Positions 7,257 through 19,063 are shown, counted from the first letter of the stretch. The stretch: 64,000 bases of DNA from an uncultured Propionibacteriaceae bacterium (GCA_964435735.1 CAYSZZ010000015.1:5002-69001); one strand, 5' to 3'. Translations and numbers: made by a program. The notes: generated by a model from the letters alone, not told the origin.

Positions 7257-8912
7257 CTACGCCGGCTGGGAGCGCGCGAGCCGGGCCACCGCGGTCCGGG
7301 AGGAAACGCCCCAGCGATCGAAGATCATCGCGACGTGTTTCTCCACCGTCTTCACTGAGATGCCCAGGGCGGCCGCGATCTCCGCGTTGGACAGGCCGGC
7401 CCGGACGAGTCCGGCCACCTCGGTCTGGCGCCTGGTCAACTCCGCCGTCGGAACCGCGGTCGGACCCACCTCGGGTAACGACGCCAACGCCGCGGGCAGC
7501 GCAGCCCGGCTCCGCACATCCAACGCCCGCATCGCGCGCCGCAGGTGCCCCTGGACCGTGCGCTCGGAGAGCGACAGCGCCTGCGCGATGGTGAGCGAGG
7601 TGAAACCCTCCGCCGCCATCGACGCCACTTCCAGCTCCCGCGCGGTGAGGACCTGCGCACCCGCGCCTCGCCGCGGCTCGACTCGGCGGCCCAGTCGGCG
7701 CAACTCGCGCGCGGCCCTGCTGCGCAGCGCGAGGGCGCCGACCTGCTCGGCCTGGTGCGCCGCGGAGTTGAGCTGGCCGACCGCGCCCGGGATGTGCCCG
7801 GCGGCCACAAGCGCCCGGGCGTGCTCGACATCGGTGGCGGCCGCTTCCAGCAGCCGGCCCGCGGCACGCGTTCGCGCGGCCGCAGCCGCGGCCTTGACGC
7901 TGGCCTGGCCGGCGTCACCGCCGGCCTGCGCCAGCCGGGCGTCGATCCGTTCCACCGACGCGGCGGCCGCAGGCACCAGGTACAGCTCGTGAGCCCGGTC
8001 GGCCCAGGCGGCCGCCCCAGCGACGTCACCGTCCTCCAGCGCGGCAGTGACCAGGATGTCGTAGCCGAGCGCGCGATCGACCACCTGGGCCAGGTGCAGA
8101 TCCGGTCCCCCGCCCCCGACGAGCACCAACTCCGCGGCCTGACGAACCTGTCCGGCGGCCGCCAGGGCGTATCCGGCCACCAGATAGGCACCCGACTCGA
8201 CCCATCCTTGCGGAGCATCGATGAGGTCACTCACGAACCCCACCTCCCGCGTGAGCGCGGCGCCGTCCTCCTGGTAGGCGGCGACCATCGCGGCGAAGGC
8301 GTGGAAGAGCGCACGGATCTGAGCCGGCTGGGCGTCGCTGCGGTGGCCCAGCGCTGCTTCGCAAAGCCTCCGCGCCGTGGCCAGGTCCCCACCGAACAAT
8401 GCCCACCGCGCGGGCTGCAGGAGGGTCAGCCACGCCACGGGGCCAGACTCGGGTTGCGACCCCCGCCTCGAGAGCAGTCGTCCGGCCTCAGCCATCTGGC
8501 CGGTGGCGAAGGCGGCCTCGACCAGCAGCGCCAGTGCCAGCGGCCGGACTTCACCGTCCATCAACTTCAGGGCGGCAAGCTCGTCGACGGCGAACCGGAA
8601 GGTTTCGAGGTGCGAGCCGCCGTCCAACTGGGGCTCGTTGGAGAGGGCGAGCGCCAACGCTGTCGCAGCCACCAGCCTCGCCGGCGCCGCGGCCTGCACC
8701 GCGAGGGCGGCCGCCCGGCGGGCGGTCCCCACCGCATCGGCGAACCGGGCGTCCACGTAGTCGGCCAGCACGGTCGCCGCGACCAGCGCTGCACGGTCGT
8801 CCGGATCGGCGTCCGCGAGTCCCCGCGCCGCGACCTCGCGGGCACCTGCGGTGTCGCCGGCGAAAGCTCGGGCCAGTACGTCGCCCACCACGGGCGTGAG
8901 CGTCGCCGGCAT
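7257..8912 (-). CDS. LuxR-family transcriptional regulator with helical (TPR-like) N-terminus and two tandem C-terminal LuxR HTH domains
   Basis: LTARELEVASMAAEGFTSLTIAQALSLSERTVQGHL and LTRRQTEVAGLVRAGLSNAEIAAALGISVKTVEKHV; no Walker A or receiver domain visible. Confidence 0.85.
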   Translation of the reverse strand: MPATLTPVVGDVLARAFAGDTAGAREVAARGLADADPDDRAALVAATVLADYVDARFADAVGTARRAAALAVQAAAPARLVAATALALALSNEPQLDGGSHLETFRFAVDELAALKLMDGEVRPLALALLVEAAFATGQMAEAGRLLSRRGSQPESGPVAWLTLLQPARWALFGGDLATARRLCEAALGHRSDAQPAQIRALFHAFAAMVAAYQEDGAALTREVGFVSDLIDAPQGWVESGAYLVAGYALAAAGQVRQAAELVLVGGGGPDLHLAQVVDRALGYDILVTAALEDGDVAGAAAWADRAHELYLVPAAAASVERIDARLAQAGGDAGQASVKAAAAAARTRAAGRLLEAAATDVEHARALVAAGHIPGAVGQLNSAAHQAEQVGALALRSRAARELRRLGRRVEPRRGAGAQVLTARELEVASMAAEGFTSLTIAQALSLSERTVQGHLRRAMRALDVRSRAALPAALASLPEVGPTAVPTAELTRRQTEVAGLVRAGLSNAEIAAALGISVKTVEKHVAMIFDRWGVSSRTAVARLARSQPA

Positions 8913-9887
8913 CTATCGCTCGGCGAAGCGGTCCGTGGCAGCCACCAACTCGGCCGCGATCGCCGGCTCGGAGGCGGAGTGACCGGCCAGCACCAGCCGG
9001 TAGTCGGCTTCGGGCCAGGCCCGGCACAGATCGTCGGCGGTCACCTGCGGGCAGGGCAGGTCGTAGCTCCCCTGCACGATCACGCCAGGGATGTGGCGGA
9101 TCCGGTCGACCTCGGCGATCAATTGGCCTTCGGCGAACCAGCCGCCGTTGACGAAGTAGTGGTTCTCGATCCGGGCGAACGCCAGGGCGAACTCGGGGTC
9201 GGAGAACTCGTCCACCAGGGCCTGCGAGAACTCCAGGGTGGAGGTCGCGGCCTCCCAGGTGGTCCAGGCGACACCGGCGGGCAGGTGGACGGCGGGATCC
9301 GGATCGAACAGCAGTTCGTGGTAGGCGGCGATCCGGTCGCCGGTGAAACCTGGCCCCAGCGGGGCTTCGAAGGAGCGCCACCACCGCGGCGCCAGGTTGG
9401 CCGCGCCGCCGTTGTAGTACCAGTCCAGTTCGCTGCGGCGCAGGGTGAAGATGCCGCGGAGCACCAGTTCCGTGACGCGTTCCGGGTGGGTCTCGGCGTA
9501 GGCCAGCGCCAGCGCGCTGCCCCAGGAGCCACCGAAGACCAGCCAGGCGTCGATGCCCCGCTCCACGCGCAGTGCTTCCAGGTCGGCCACCAGGTGCCAG
9601 GTGGTGTTCGTCGAGAGGTCGGCGGCCGGATCGCTGGCGTGCGGGGTGGACCGTCCGCACCCGCGCTGGTCCACCAGGACGATCCGGTAGCGCTTCGGAT
9701 CGAAGTATCGCCGGTAGTTCGGGATGATGCCGCCGCCGGGCCCGCCGTGCAGGAAGACCGCCGGCTTCCCCTCCGGGTTGCCGCACTCCTCCCAGTACAA
9801 CTCGTGCCCGTCGCCCACCCGCAGGCGGCCGGTGTGGTGTGGTTCGATCGGTGGGTACAGCGGCGAGGGAGCAGGATCAGTCGTCAT
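8913..9887 (-). CDS. pip: Proline iminopeptidase
   Basis: LYPPIEP, HGGPGGG, DQRGCGRSTPHA, GGSWGS nucleophile motif, GHSA catalytic His; start reassigned to ATG 9887 (MTTDPAPSPLYPP). Confidence 0.92.
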   Translation of the reverse strand: MTTDPAPSPLYPPIEPHHTGRLRVGDGHELYWEECGNPEGKPAVFLHGGPGGGIIPNYRRYFDPKRYRIVLVDQRGCGRSTPHASDPAADLSTNTTWHLVADLEALRVERGIDAWLVFGGSWGSALALAYAETHPERVTELVLRGIFTLRRSELDWYYNGGAANLAPRWWRSFEAPLGPGFTGDRIAAYHELLFDPDPAVHLPAGVAWTTWEAATSTLEFSQALVDEFSDPEFALAFARIENHYFVNGGWFAEGQLIAEVDRIRHIPGVIVQGSYDLPCPQVTADDLCRAWPEADYRLVLAGHSASEPAIAAELVAATDRFAER

Positions 9888-10314
9888 CGTCGTCGTAGTC
9901 GTCGATGACGTGCATCGCGGCCTCCTCGGCACTGGCGGCACCGCCATCGATTCCGACGTCGTGGCCCACGCTGGCAGGCTCCACGTCCTCACCGGGGTAG
10001 CCGCCATTGGCATCGACCAGTCGTCCGGCCCGATGTCGTCCCACCTCGCGAGGCTCGGTGGGATCGGGGTTCCACGGCGTGTCATCGGGTACGACCTCCG
10101 GAGCCTCCTGCGTGATCCGCTGCTCCAGGGTCTCGCCGCGCCGCATCTCGGCGGCAGTGTTGCCGAAGCTCTGGGCCGGTGACCATCGCTCCGGGGTCAC
10201 ATAGCCCTCGTCAAGCACATCGGGGACGCCACGGTCGAGCAGTGTCTCCTCCGGCTGCAGCTGGTCGAGTTGCTCCGACTCGTCCGGAATAGTCTGGTCG
10301 TACTCGATGCTCAT
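9877..10314 (-). CDS. DUF5709-like acidic protein
   Basis: LDEGYVTPER, RAGRLV, DVGIDGGAASAEEAAMHVIDD motifs; CAGGCT-N6-ATG start at 10314. Confidence 0.8.
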   Translation of the reverse strand: MSIEYDQTIPDESEQLDQLQPEETLLDRGVPDVLDEGYVTPERWSPAQSFGNTAAEMRRGETLEQRITQEAPEVVPDDTPWNPDPTEPREVGRHRAGRLVDANGGYPGEDVEPASVGHDVGIDGGAASAEEAAMHVIDDYDDDDD

Positions 10315-10435
10315 GCCTCTAGCCTGCCACGACCGGCAGGATGTGGCACCCCACAAGCGGATCGGCGATCGGAGCGGCGACCTGGCCACTGCGCCCGAGC
10401 GTTGCTGGCTCGAGAAGCATTCCTTGATTACTGTG

Positions 10436-10449
10436 TAGTAGATCTGCTA
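10436..10449. promoter_or_regulatory. Near-palindrome TAGTAGATCTGCTA upstream of the ABC-XRE operon; candidate XRE operator
   Basis: 12/14 palindromic, 11 bp before the ATG of an operon that ends with an XRE gene. Confidence 0.4.
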
Positions 10450-10460
10450 TCGATCGAGAG

Positions 10461-11351
10461 ATGAACATGACGCAGCGAACTGGCCTGATCGATGAGGCTC
10501 CAGCGATCCGCACCATGGGCCTCGCCATGAGCTACGGCGACAACCACGTGTTGCGCGGCATCGACCTTCAGATCGCCCGCGGCGAAGTGGTGGTGCTGCT
10601 CGGCCCCAACGGCGCCGGGAAGACGACCACGGTCGAGGTCCTGGAGGGGTTCCGCAAACCCTCCGCCGGCAGCGTGGAGGTGCTGGGTGCCGATCCCCAC
10701 ACCGCCGGCGACGCCTGGCGGGCGCGGGTCGGCATCGTGCTGCAGTCGTGGCGGGATCACGCCAAGTGGCGGGTCCGGGAGTTGCTCGAGTACCTGGGTG
10801 GTTTCTACGTCCCCTATTCGGGCGCGGTACCGCGGCCCTGGCCGATCGACGAGCTGCTGACGGCGGTCGGGTTGGCCGACGATGCCGACACCCGGATCGG
10901 GAAGCTCTCCGGTGGCCGCCGACGTCGGCTCGACGTCGCCTCCGGCCTGATCGGACGCCCGGAGCTGCTGTTCCTCGATGAGCCCACCGCCGGCTTCGAC
11001 CCACAGGCCCGCCGGGACTTCCACGACCTGCTCGCGTCGCTGTCGGATCTGGAGACCACCATCTTGATGACCACCCACGACCTCGATGAGGCCGAGAAGG
11101 TCGCCTCGCGCATCCTGATGCTGGTCGATGGCGGAATCATCGCCGACGGCTCTCCGGACGCGTTGCGCCGGCAGGACTTCGGCAAAGCCGAGGTGCGCTG
11201 GTTCGACGGTGAACTGCATCAGGTTCACCCCACCGACGACCCGGTGTCGTTCCTGCGTGAGTTGCTGACCGATCCGGACACGACCGTCGAGGAACTCGAA
11301 GTGCGGCGCAATTCCCTGGAAGACGTCTATCTGAAGGCGGTTGAACGATGA
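10461..11351 (+). CDS. ABC-2 type exporter ATP-binding protein
   Basis: GPNGAGKT Walker A, LSGG signature, LLFLDEPT Walker B, H-loop THDLDE. Confidence 0.92.
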   Translation: MNMTQRTGLIDEAPAIRTMGLAMSYGDNHVLRGIDLQIARGEVVVLLGPNGAGKTTTVEVLEGFRKPSAGSVEVLGADPHTAGDAWRARVGIVLQSWRDHAKWRVRELLEYLGGFYVPYSGAVPRPWPIDELLTAVGLADDADTRIGKLSGGRRRRLDVASGLIGRPELLFLDEPTAGFDPQARRDFHDLLASLSDLETTILMTTHDLDEAEKVASRILMLVDGGIIADGSPDALRRQDFGKAEVRWFDGELHQVHPTDDPVSFLRELLTDPDTTVEELEVRRNSLEDVYLKAVER

Positions 11352-12211
11352 GCAACCCCATCACCGCCCTGCCGCGCGCCGCTTTGACCGCGGCCGTCCG
11401 GCAGACTCGAATCGACCTGCGCACCAACCTGCTCACCGGCGCCGGCCTGAGCTACCTCATCACCCCGGCCATCACCATCGCCGTGATGCTGTTCCTGCGC
11501 GATTCCACGGTGATGGAGTCGACCATCACTGCGGCGCAGCACCTGCTGCCCGGCATGCTGGCCTTCGGGCTGGTGATCGGCGGGGTGATGGGGGTCGCCA
11601 GCGAGCTGATGATGGAGCGCGAGGACGGCACGCTGCTGCGCATGAAGGCGATACCCCACGGGCTGCAGGGCTTCCTGGCCGGCAAGGTGCTCACCCACCT
11701 GCTGCTGAATCTGATCTCCGGAGCGCTGATCGTGGTTCCCGCGGTGATCGTGTTCCCGGACATCGCGCCCGCGAACCCGGCCAACTGGCTCGGGCTGCTG
11801 GCGGTCTTCGTCGTCGCGGTGGTCGTGACCATCCCACTCGGCGCCCTGCTCGGCGCCGCTCTACGCGGCTACGGACAGCTCGGGATCAGCATGCTCGGAA
11901 CCTACGGGTTGGCTGTCATCTCGGGGATCTTCTACCCCCTGGCGGCGCTGCCGGTCTGGCTGCAGGTGATCGGACAGGTCTTCCCGATGTACTGGCTGGG
12001 CCTCGGTTTCCGCCACGCCATGCTGCCGGCGGAGGCGGCCCTGCTGGAACTCGGCGGCACCTGGCGCACGATCGAGATGGTGCTGGCGCTGGCGGCCTGG
12101 CTCGCCATCGGCATCGTGGGTGCGCCGATCGCGCTGCGCAGGATGATCCGGGGGGTGTCGGGCTCGAAGGTGGCCGAGAGCCGCGATCGCATGCTGTCGC
12201 AGGGCTACTAG
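11348..12211 (+). CDS. ABC-2 type exporter permease
   Basis: Six TM pattern, EREDGTLLRMK, FYPLAALPVWLQ...FPMYW; ATGA overlap with the ATPase. Confidence 0.88.
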   Translation: MSNPITALPRAALTAAVRQTRIDLRTNLLTGAGLSYLITPAITIAVMLFLRDSTVMESTITAAQHLLPGMLAFGLVIGGVMGVASELMMEREDGTLLRMKAIPHGLQGFLAGKVLTHLLLNLISGALIVVPAVIVFPDIAPANPANWLGLLAVFVVAVVVTIPLGALLGAALRGYGQLGISMLGTYGLAVISGIFYPLAALPVWLQVIGQVFPMYWLGLGFRHAMLPAEAALLELGGTWRTIEMVLALAAWLAIGIVGAPIALRRMIRGVSGSKVAESRDRMLSQGY

Positions 12212-12436
12212 ATGAACGAGATCGTCCACAACCGGATCGCGATGCTGCGCGCCGAACGCGGTATCTCGCGGCGTCAGTTGGCCGACGCGCTGGGCGTCCA
12301 CTACCAGACCATCGGCTATCTCGAGCGCGGCGAGTACTCCCCCTCCCTGCACCTCGCCCTCCGACTGGCCGACTACTTCGGGGTGAAGGTCGAGGTGATC
12401 TTCTCCCTCCAGCCCTTCCCCCGCCTGGGCAGCTGA
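12212..12436 (+). CDS. XRE/Cro-C1 HTH transcriptional regulator
   Basis: NRIAMLRAERGISRRQLADALGVHYQTIGYLERGEYSPSLHLA; directly abuts the permease stop (TAG ATG). Confidence 0.9.
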   Translation: MNEIVHNRIAMLRAERGISRRQLADALGVHYQTIGYLERGEYSPSLHLALRLADYFGVKVEVIFSLQPFPRLGS

Positions 12437-12450
12437 CCCCTGTCCACCGC

Positions 12451-12498
12451 TTGATTCCGAGTCTGTGCACTGAACTCGGTGCACAAACTCGAAGTCAA
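12451..12498. repeat. 20-bp imperfect inverted repeat between convergent genes (REP-like or bidirectional terminator)
   Basis: TTGATTCCGAGTCTGTGCAC (12451-12470) / GTGCACAAACTCGAAGTCAA (12479-12498), 17/20 complementary, 8-nt loop. Confidence 0.7.
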
Positions 12499-12513
12499 CG
12501 GGGTTGGGGCGCG

Positions 12514-14632
<2,119 letters not shown>

Positions 14633-14636
<4 letters not shown>

Positions 14637-15793
14637 GAGAAGGCCTCCTTCAGCCAGTTGAGGACGCCACCCTTGTGCTTGGCGGCAGCCACCTCCGGAC
14701 GGCTCTCGTCGCGCAGTTCGGCGAGCTGCCGCAACAGCTCGCGCTGCTCGTCGTCCAGCTTGATGGGGGTCTGAACCAGCAGCGTGACGCCCAGCTCGCC
14801 CCGTCCGCCGCCACGCAACTTGGGCACCCCACGCCCGGGAACCGCGATCCGAGTGCCGGATTGGGTGCCGGCAGGAATGGCCACCGAGACGGTCCCCTGA
14901 TCGGCGGCCAGGTCGTCCCGTTCGGCCTCCAGGGTGGCGATTTCCACCTCGGTGCCCAACGCGGCGGCCGTCATCGGCACCTTCACGACCACCTCGAGGT
15001 CGTCGCCGTTGCGGCGGAACACATCATGGCCGGCCACGGTCAGCTCGACGTACAGGTCTCCGGCCGGGCCGCCCCCTGGACCCACCTCGCCCTGAGAGTC
15101 GAGATGGATCCGGTTGCCGGTGCTGACCCCGGCCGGGATCTTGACATTGATCGTGCGGCTGGACCGCACCCGCCCTTCGCCCGAGCACTCGCCACAGGGA
15201 TCTGGGATCACCGTGCCGTAGCCGCGACAGGCCGGACAGGTCTGCGAGGTGCGGATGTCGCCGAGGAAGGAGCGCTGGATCTGGGTGACCTCGCCCTGAC
15301 CGTGGCAGGTGGTGCAGGTTACCGGCGAGCTGCCGGGGTTGGCCCCGGCCCCGTTGCACTTCGGGCAGACCACGGCGGTGTCCACGCGCAGTGGCTTGGT
15401 GATGCCGAAGGCGGCCTCGGCCAGCGTCAGGGTGAGCCGCACCAGGGCGTCCTGGCCGCGCCGGGTGCGCGAGCGTGGCCCGCGGCTGGAGGCCTGGGCG
15501 CCGAACATCGCGTCCACCAGGTTGGTGAAGTCGAAAGCGCCACCGGCGAAGCCGCCGAAACCGCCGGCCCCGGAGTTGCCCAGCGGGTCGCCGCCGCGGT
15601 CGTAGACCGAACGCTTGTGCGGATCGTGCAGCACCTCGTAGGCCTCGCCGATCTGCTTGAACTTGTCGGCGGCATCCGGGGCGTCGGCCACATCGGGGTG
15701 GTACTTCATGGCCAGCCGGCGGTAGGCCTTCTTGATCTGCTCGGCGCTGGCGTCTCGGGGGACGCCCAGCACCTGGTAGTAGTCAGTGCTCAC
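14633..15793 (-). CDS. dnaJ: Chaperone DnaJ (dnaJ2 type)
   Basis: J-domain HPD, G/F region, four CxxCxGxG repeats. Confidence 0.96.
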
Positions 15794-15796
15794 TCA

Positions 15797-16813
15797 TCAT
15801 CCTTCAGCCAGGAAGCGCCCGACGTACCGGGCGACCGCGCGGACCGCGGCCATCGTAGAGGGGTAGTCCATGCGCGTCGGACCGACGATACCCAAGGTCG
15901 ACCAGGCCTCCGGTGCGGTTCCGTATCCACTGGCCACCACCGACGTCGACTGCAGCGATTCGTAGGGGTTCTCGTGCCCGATCCGGACGGTGACATCCCC
16001 CTCGCCGGCGGCTTCCCCGAGCAGCCGCAGCAGCACCACCTGCTCCTCCAGCGCCTCCAGAACGGGCTTGACGGTGGTTTCGAACTGATCGGCGAACCGG
16101 GTCAGATTCGGGACGCCACCGACGATCACCCGCCCGGACTCCCGGCTGCCGATCACATCCAGGACGGCGGAGACCACCACCGCGCCGAGCGCGTGCAGAT
16201 CCAGCGGCAGCTCGTCCAGCAGCGTCATCGCCCTGGTCGCCGCGCGCTCGGACGACAACCCGACCAGCGCGGCGTTCAGACGTCCGCGAAGTTCAGCGAT
16301 GGTCTCCTCACCGGCACCGCCGATGTCGATCGCCCGTTGCTCGACCCGCCCGGCCGAGGTGACCACGATCACCAACCCGCGATCCCCGCCCAACGCGACC
16401 AACTCGACGTGTCGGATCGCCGAGCCGAGATCCACCGGGTACTGCACGATCGCCACCTGCTGGGTGATCTGGGCGAGCAGGCGGACGGTGCGTCGCACCA
16501 CGTCGTCCAGGTCGAGTGCGCCGTCCATGAAGGTCTCGATGGCGCGCCGCTCCGCCGGGGACAGCGGCTTGACCGCGCCCAGCCGGTCGACGAACAGCCG
16601 ATAACCCTTGTCAGTGGGGATTCGCCCGGCCGACGTGTGCGGCTGGGTGATGTAGCCCTCCTCCTCCAGCACCGCCATGTCGTTGCGGACGGTGGCCGGC
16701 GAGACATCGAGTTGGTAACGCTCCACCAGCGCGCGCGAACCGACCGGCTCACGCATCGACACGTAGTCGGTGACGATCGCCCGCAGGATCGCGAGCTTTC
16801 GGTCGTCGAGCAT
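15797..16813 (-). CDS. hrcA: Heat-inducible transcription repressor HrcA
   Basis: [50 protein letters not shown]; RBS GGAGG before ATG 16813. Confidence 0.96.
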   Translation of the reverse strand: MLDDRKLAILRAIVTDYVSMREPVGSRALVERYQLDVSPATVRNDMAVLEEEGYITQPHTSAGRIPTDKGYRLFVDRLGAVKPLSPAERRAIETFMDGALDLDDVVRRTVRLLAQITQQVAIVQYPVDLGSAIRHVELVALGGDRGLVIVVTSAGRVEQRAIDIGGAGEETIAELRGRLNAALVGLSSERAATRAMTLLDELPLDLHALGAVVVSAVLDVIGSRESGRVIVGGVPNLTRFADQFETTVKPVLEALEEQVVLLRLLGEAAGEGDVTVRIGHENPYESLQSTSVVASGYGTAPEAWSTLGIVGPTRMDYPSTMAAVRAVARYVGRFLAEG

Positions 16814-16832
16814 GGTGGTCCTCCCACGCCGC

Positions 16833-16859
16833 CTGGCACTCTCAAGGGTCGAGTGCCAG
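16833..16859. promoter_or_regulatory. CIRCE operator (HrcA site)
   Basis: Perfect CTGGCACTC-N9-GAGTGCCAG inverted repeat 19 bp upstream of hrcA, abutting a TAGACT -10 (16858-16863, minus strand). Confidence 0.93.
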
Positions 16860-17084
16860 TCTATCCGTCCGGCGAATCCCCCGCACTCCGCCACTCGGGC
16901 GGCGCGGGTCTGCACCGCTGCGGCCGTATCGGGGAAGGGGTCGGAACCTAGCCTGGAACCAGGCCGCGCAGCTGGGGACACCCGCCTTGCACCAGGACCG
17001 GCCCGACACGCTCCGGCAACGGTGCAGCGCGCCTGCGGGCCCAAAGCCCGCCACGAAGATGTGCCACCGGGTTACGCTGAGGTC

Positions 17085-17921
17085 ATGCAGACCAGCCTTG
17101 GGCCGTTCGAGCAGATCGCCGACGGCGTGTTCGTCGCTGTCGCCGAACCGGCATCGGTCAACATCGGCCTGGTGGTCGGGAAGACCTCCGCAATGGTGAT
17201 CGACACCGGCTGCTCCCCCAGCCACGGCGCGGCGATCCGGCGGGCGGCCGAGGCCGCCGCCGGGGTGCCGGTGCGTGCGGTGATGGTGACCCACTGGCAC
17301 TGGGACCACTTCTTCGGGCTGGCCGGTTTCGCGGGGATGCCGAGCTACGGTCACGCGACCCTTGACACCTGGCTCGGCTCGGACGGGTTGGCGGTCAGCG
17401 CCGCGGAGGTCGGCGTCCCGGTGCGCGACCTGGTACCGCCCACCCACCCGTTCTCGCTGGCGCGGGTGGTCGACCTCGGCGATCGGCGGGTGGAGATGGT
17501 CCATTTCGGACGCGCCCACTCCGACGGCGACGTAGTGGCCATCGTGCCCGACGCGAACGTGATCTTCGCCGGCGACCTGCTGGAGCAGTCGGGCCCCCCG
17601 GCCTTCGGGCCGGACTGCCACGTCAAGGACTGGCCCAGCGCGGTGGACGGGATTCTTGGCCTGGTGGACGAGCACACCATCATCGTGCCGGGCCATGGCG
17701 GCACGATCGACCGGATGTACGCCTTCGACCAACGTGCCCGGATCTCGGGACTGTACGGCCAGGCCGAACAGCTCGCCCGTCGCGGAATCAGGCAGGCCGA
17801 AGCCTTCGCCGCCGGCGAATGGCCCTTCCCCGAAGCGGCGGTCCGCGAGGCGCTGCCGATCATCTACGAGGAATTGGCGGCCGAAGGCATCCATCCGGGA
17901 CGGCATCTGCCACTGGCCTGA
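17085..17921 (+). CDS. MBL-fold metallo-hydrolase
   Basis: THWHWDHFFG (HxHxDH), AHSDGD, FAGDL, PGHG; TACGCT-N6-ATG start. Confidence 0.88.
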   Translation: MQTSLGPFEQIADGVFVAVAEPASVNIGLVVGKTSAMVIDTGCSPSHGAAIRRAAEAAAGVPVRAVMVTHWHWDHFFGLAGFAGMPSYGHATLDTWLGSDGLAVSAAEVGVPVRDLVPPTHPFSLARVVDLGDRRVEMVHFGRAHSDGDVVAIVPDANVIFAGDLLEQSGPPAFGPDCHVKDWPSAVDGILGLVDEHTIIVPGHGGTIDRMYAFDQRARISGLYGQAEQLARRGIRQAEAFAAGEWPFPEAAVREALPIIYEELAAEGIHPGRHLPLA

Positions 17922-18052
17922 GCCGGACCCGGTCCGGGCCGAGCGATGCGGGTCCCCGTCGGTTCGGTTTCGCCCCGAGCTGGTCGGAGGATCGAAACCC
18001 CCGTCACCCTGTCACCGAGCTTCGGCCGTCGATCACCCGGGTCCGCCGGACG

Positions 18053-18220
18053 CTAGCCGCCGGCCTTGCGACGGAACTCGCGGGCGCCACCCTGGGGGCC
18101 ACGTGATTGCGGGCCCTTCTCCTTGTGGTGGCCATCGTCGCCGACGTTCGACTCGTGTCCTGCCTGCTTCTTCGCCAGCGCCTCGCGCATCTTGGCCTTG
18201 ATGTCGTCGTTGTCGGTCAT
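18053..18220 (-). CDS. Small DUF5302-like protein (55 aa), absent from the ORF track
   Basis: Manual translation MTDNDDIKAKMREALAKKQAGHESNVGDDGHHKEKGPQSRGPQGGAREFRRKAGG*; K-x-R-E-A-L-x-K-K and terminal FRRKxGG motifs; CACAGT-N7-ATG. Confidence 0.8.
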   Translation of the reverse strand: MTDNDDIKAKMREALAKKQAGHESNVGDDGHHKEKGPQSRGPQGGAREFRRKAGG

Positions 18221-18291
18221 GGGAGCCACTGTGCCATGTCGGACGCACCACGTCGAGACCGGCGCCGCCTCCCGGCCGATGACGGCGAGCG

Positions 18292-19062
18292 TCAGTGGGT
18301 GGCGTCCAGAGCGTCTCGTACCGTGGGCCAGATCTCGGGCCGCATCACGGCGATCAGCCGGCGGCCGATCACCCCGGCGCGATACTCGATCCCGTCCTCA
18401 TTCGCCACCCGACCGCCGAACTCGGCGACCATCAACCCGCCCGGCAGATGGTCCCAGGGGAACATCGACCGATAGGTCAGAAAGTCCACCTGGCCGTCGA
18501 TCAGCTTGGGGTAGTCGATCCCGCAGGACCCCCAGGAGCGCCGCACCGTCACGCGGGCCGCGTCCTCTCCCCGCAACGGAACGTAGCTCGCCCCCAGCGG
18601 CACCGGTCGATCGACCGGCGCCCGACGGACAGCCTCGTCGTTGCAGGTCACCCCGGCGCCGCGCTCGGCGATGTACATCCGGCCATGCAGTGGTTGCCAG
18701 ATCCAGCCCCGCACCGTTTCGCCGCGGCGCACCTCGGCCAGCATCACGGCGAAGTCGGAGGAGCCACGGGAGAAGTTCTTCGTCCCGTCCACCGGATCGA
18801 TCACCCAGGCCCGCTCGGCCGTGGGCAGTGCCTCCAGTCGGGAGGGCTCGCAGAAGACCCCCTCCTCCCCCACCACCAGCGCGCCCGGATCGGCGGCCGA
18901 GAGAATCCGCACCAGCTCCGCCTCGGCCTCCCGATCCGCGACGGTGACGAGATCTCCGGGCTTCTTCTCCTCGATCTCACCCTCGGCCAGGGCACCGAAT
19001 CGGGGCAGGATGACCCGTTCGGCCACATCCCGCAGTTGCTGCGCCACCCACTCGGTCTGCAC
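18292..19062 (-). CDS. Inositol monophosphatase family protein
   Basis: DLVTVADREAE, WVIDPVDGTKNF, PWDHLPG. Confidence 0.88.
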   Translation of the reverse strand: MQTEWVAQQLRDVAERVILPRFGALAEGEIEEKKPGDLVTVADREAEAELVRILSAADPGALVVGEEGVFCEPSRLEALPTAERAWVIDPVDGTKNFSRGSSDFAVMLAEVRRGETVRGWIWQPLHGRMYIAERGAGVTCNDEAVRRAPVDRPVPLGASYVPLRGEDAARVTVRRSWGSCGIDYPKLIDGQVDFLTYRSMFPWDHLPGGLMVAEFGGRVANEDGIEYRAGVIGRRLIAVMRPEIWPTVRDALDATH

Positions 19063-19063
19063 G

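Noticed and set aside
9877-10389. Track starts of DUF5709 (10389), pip (10085), hrcA (17044), DUF3097 (21037), glgP (58472), nadQ (50267), nadB (52822) and mntR (57408)
   Set aside because: Longest-ORF overextensions; shorter starts are supported by RBS or -10 signals, gene overlaps and family N-termini.
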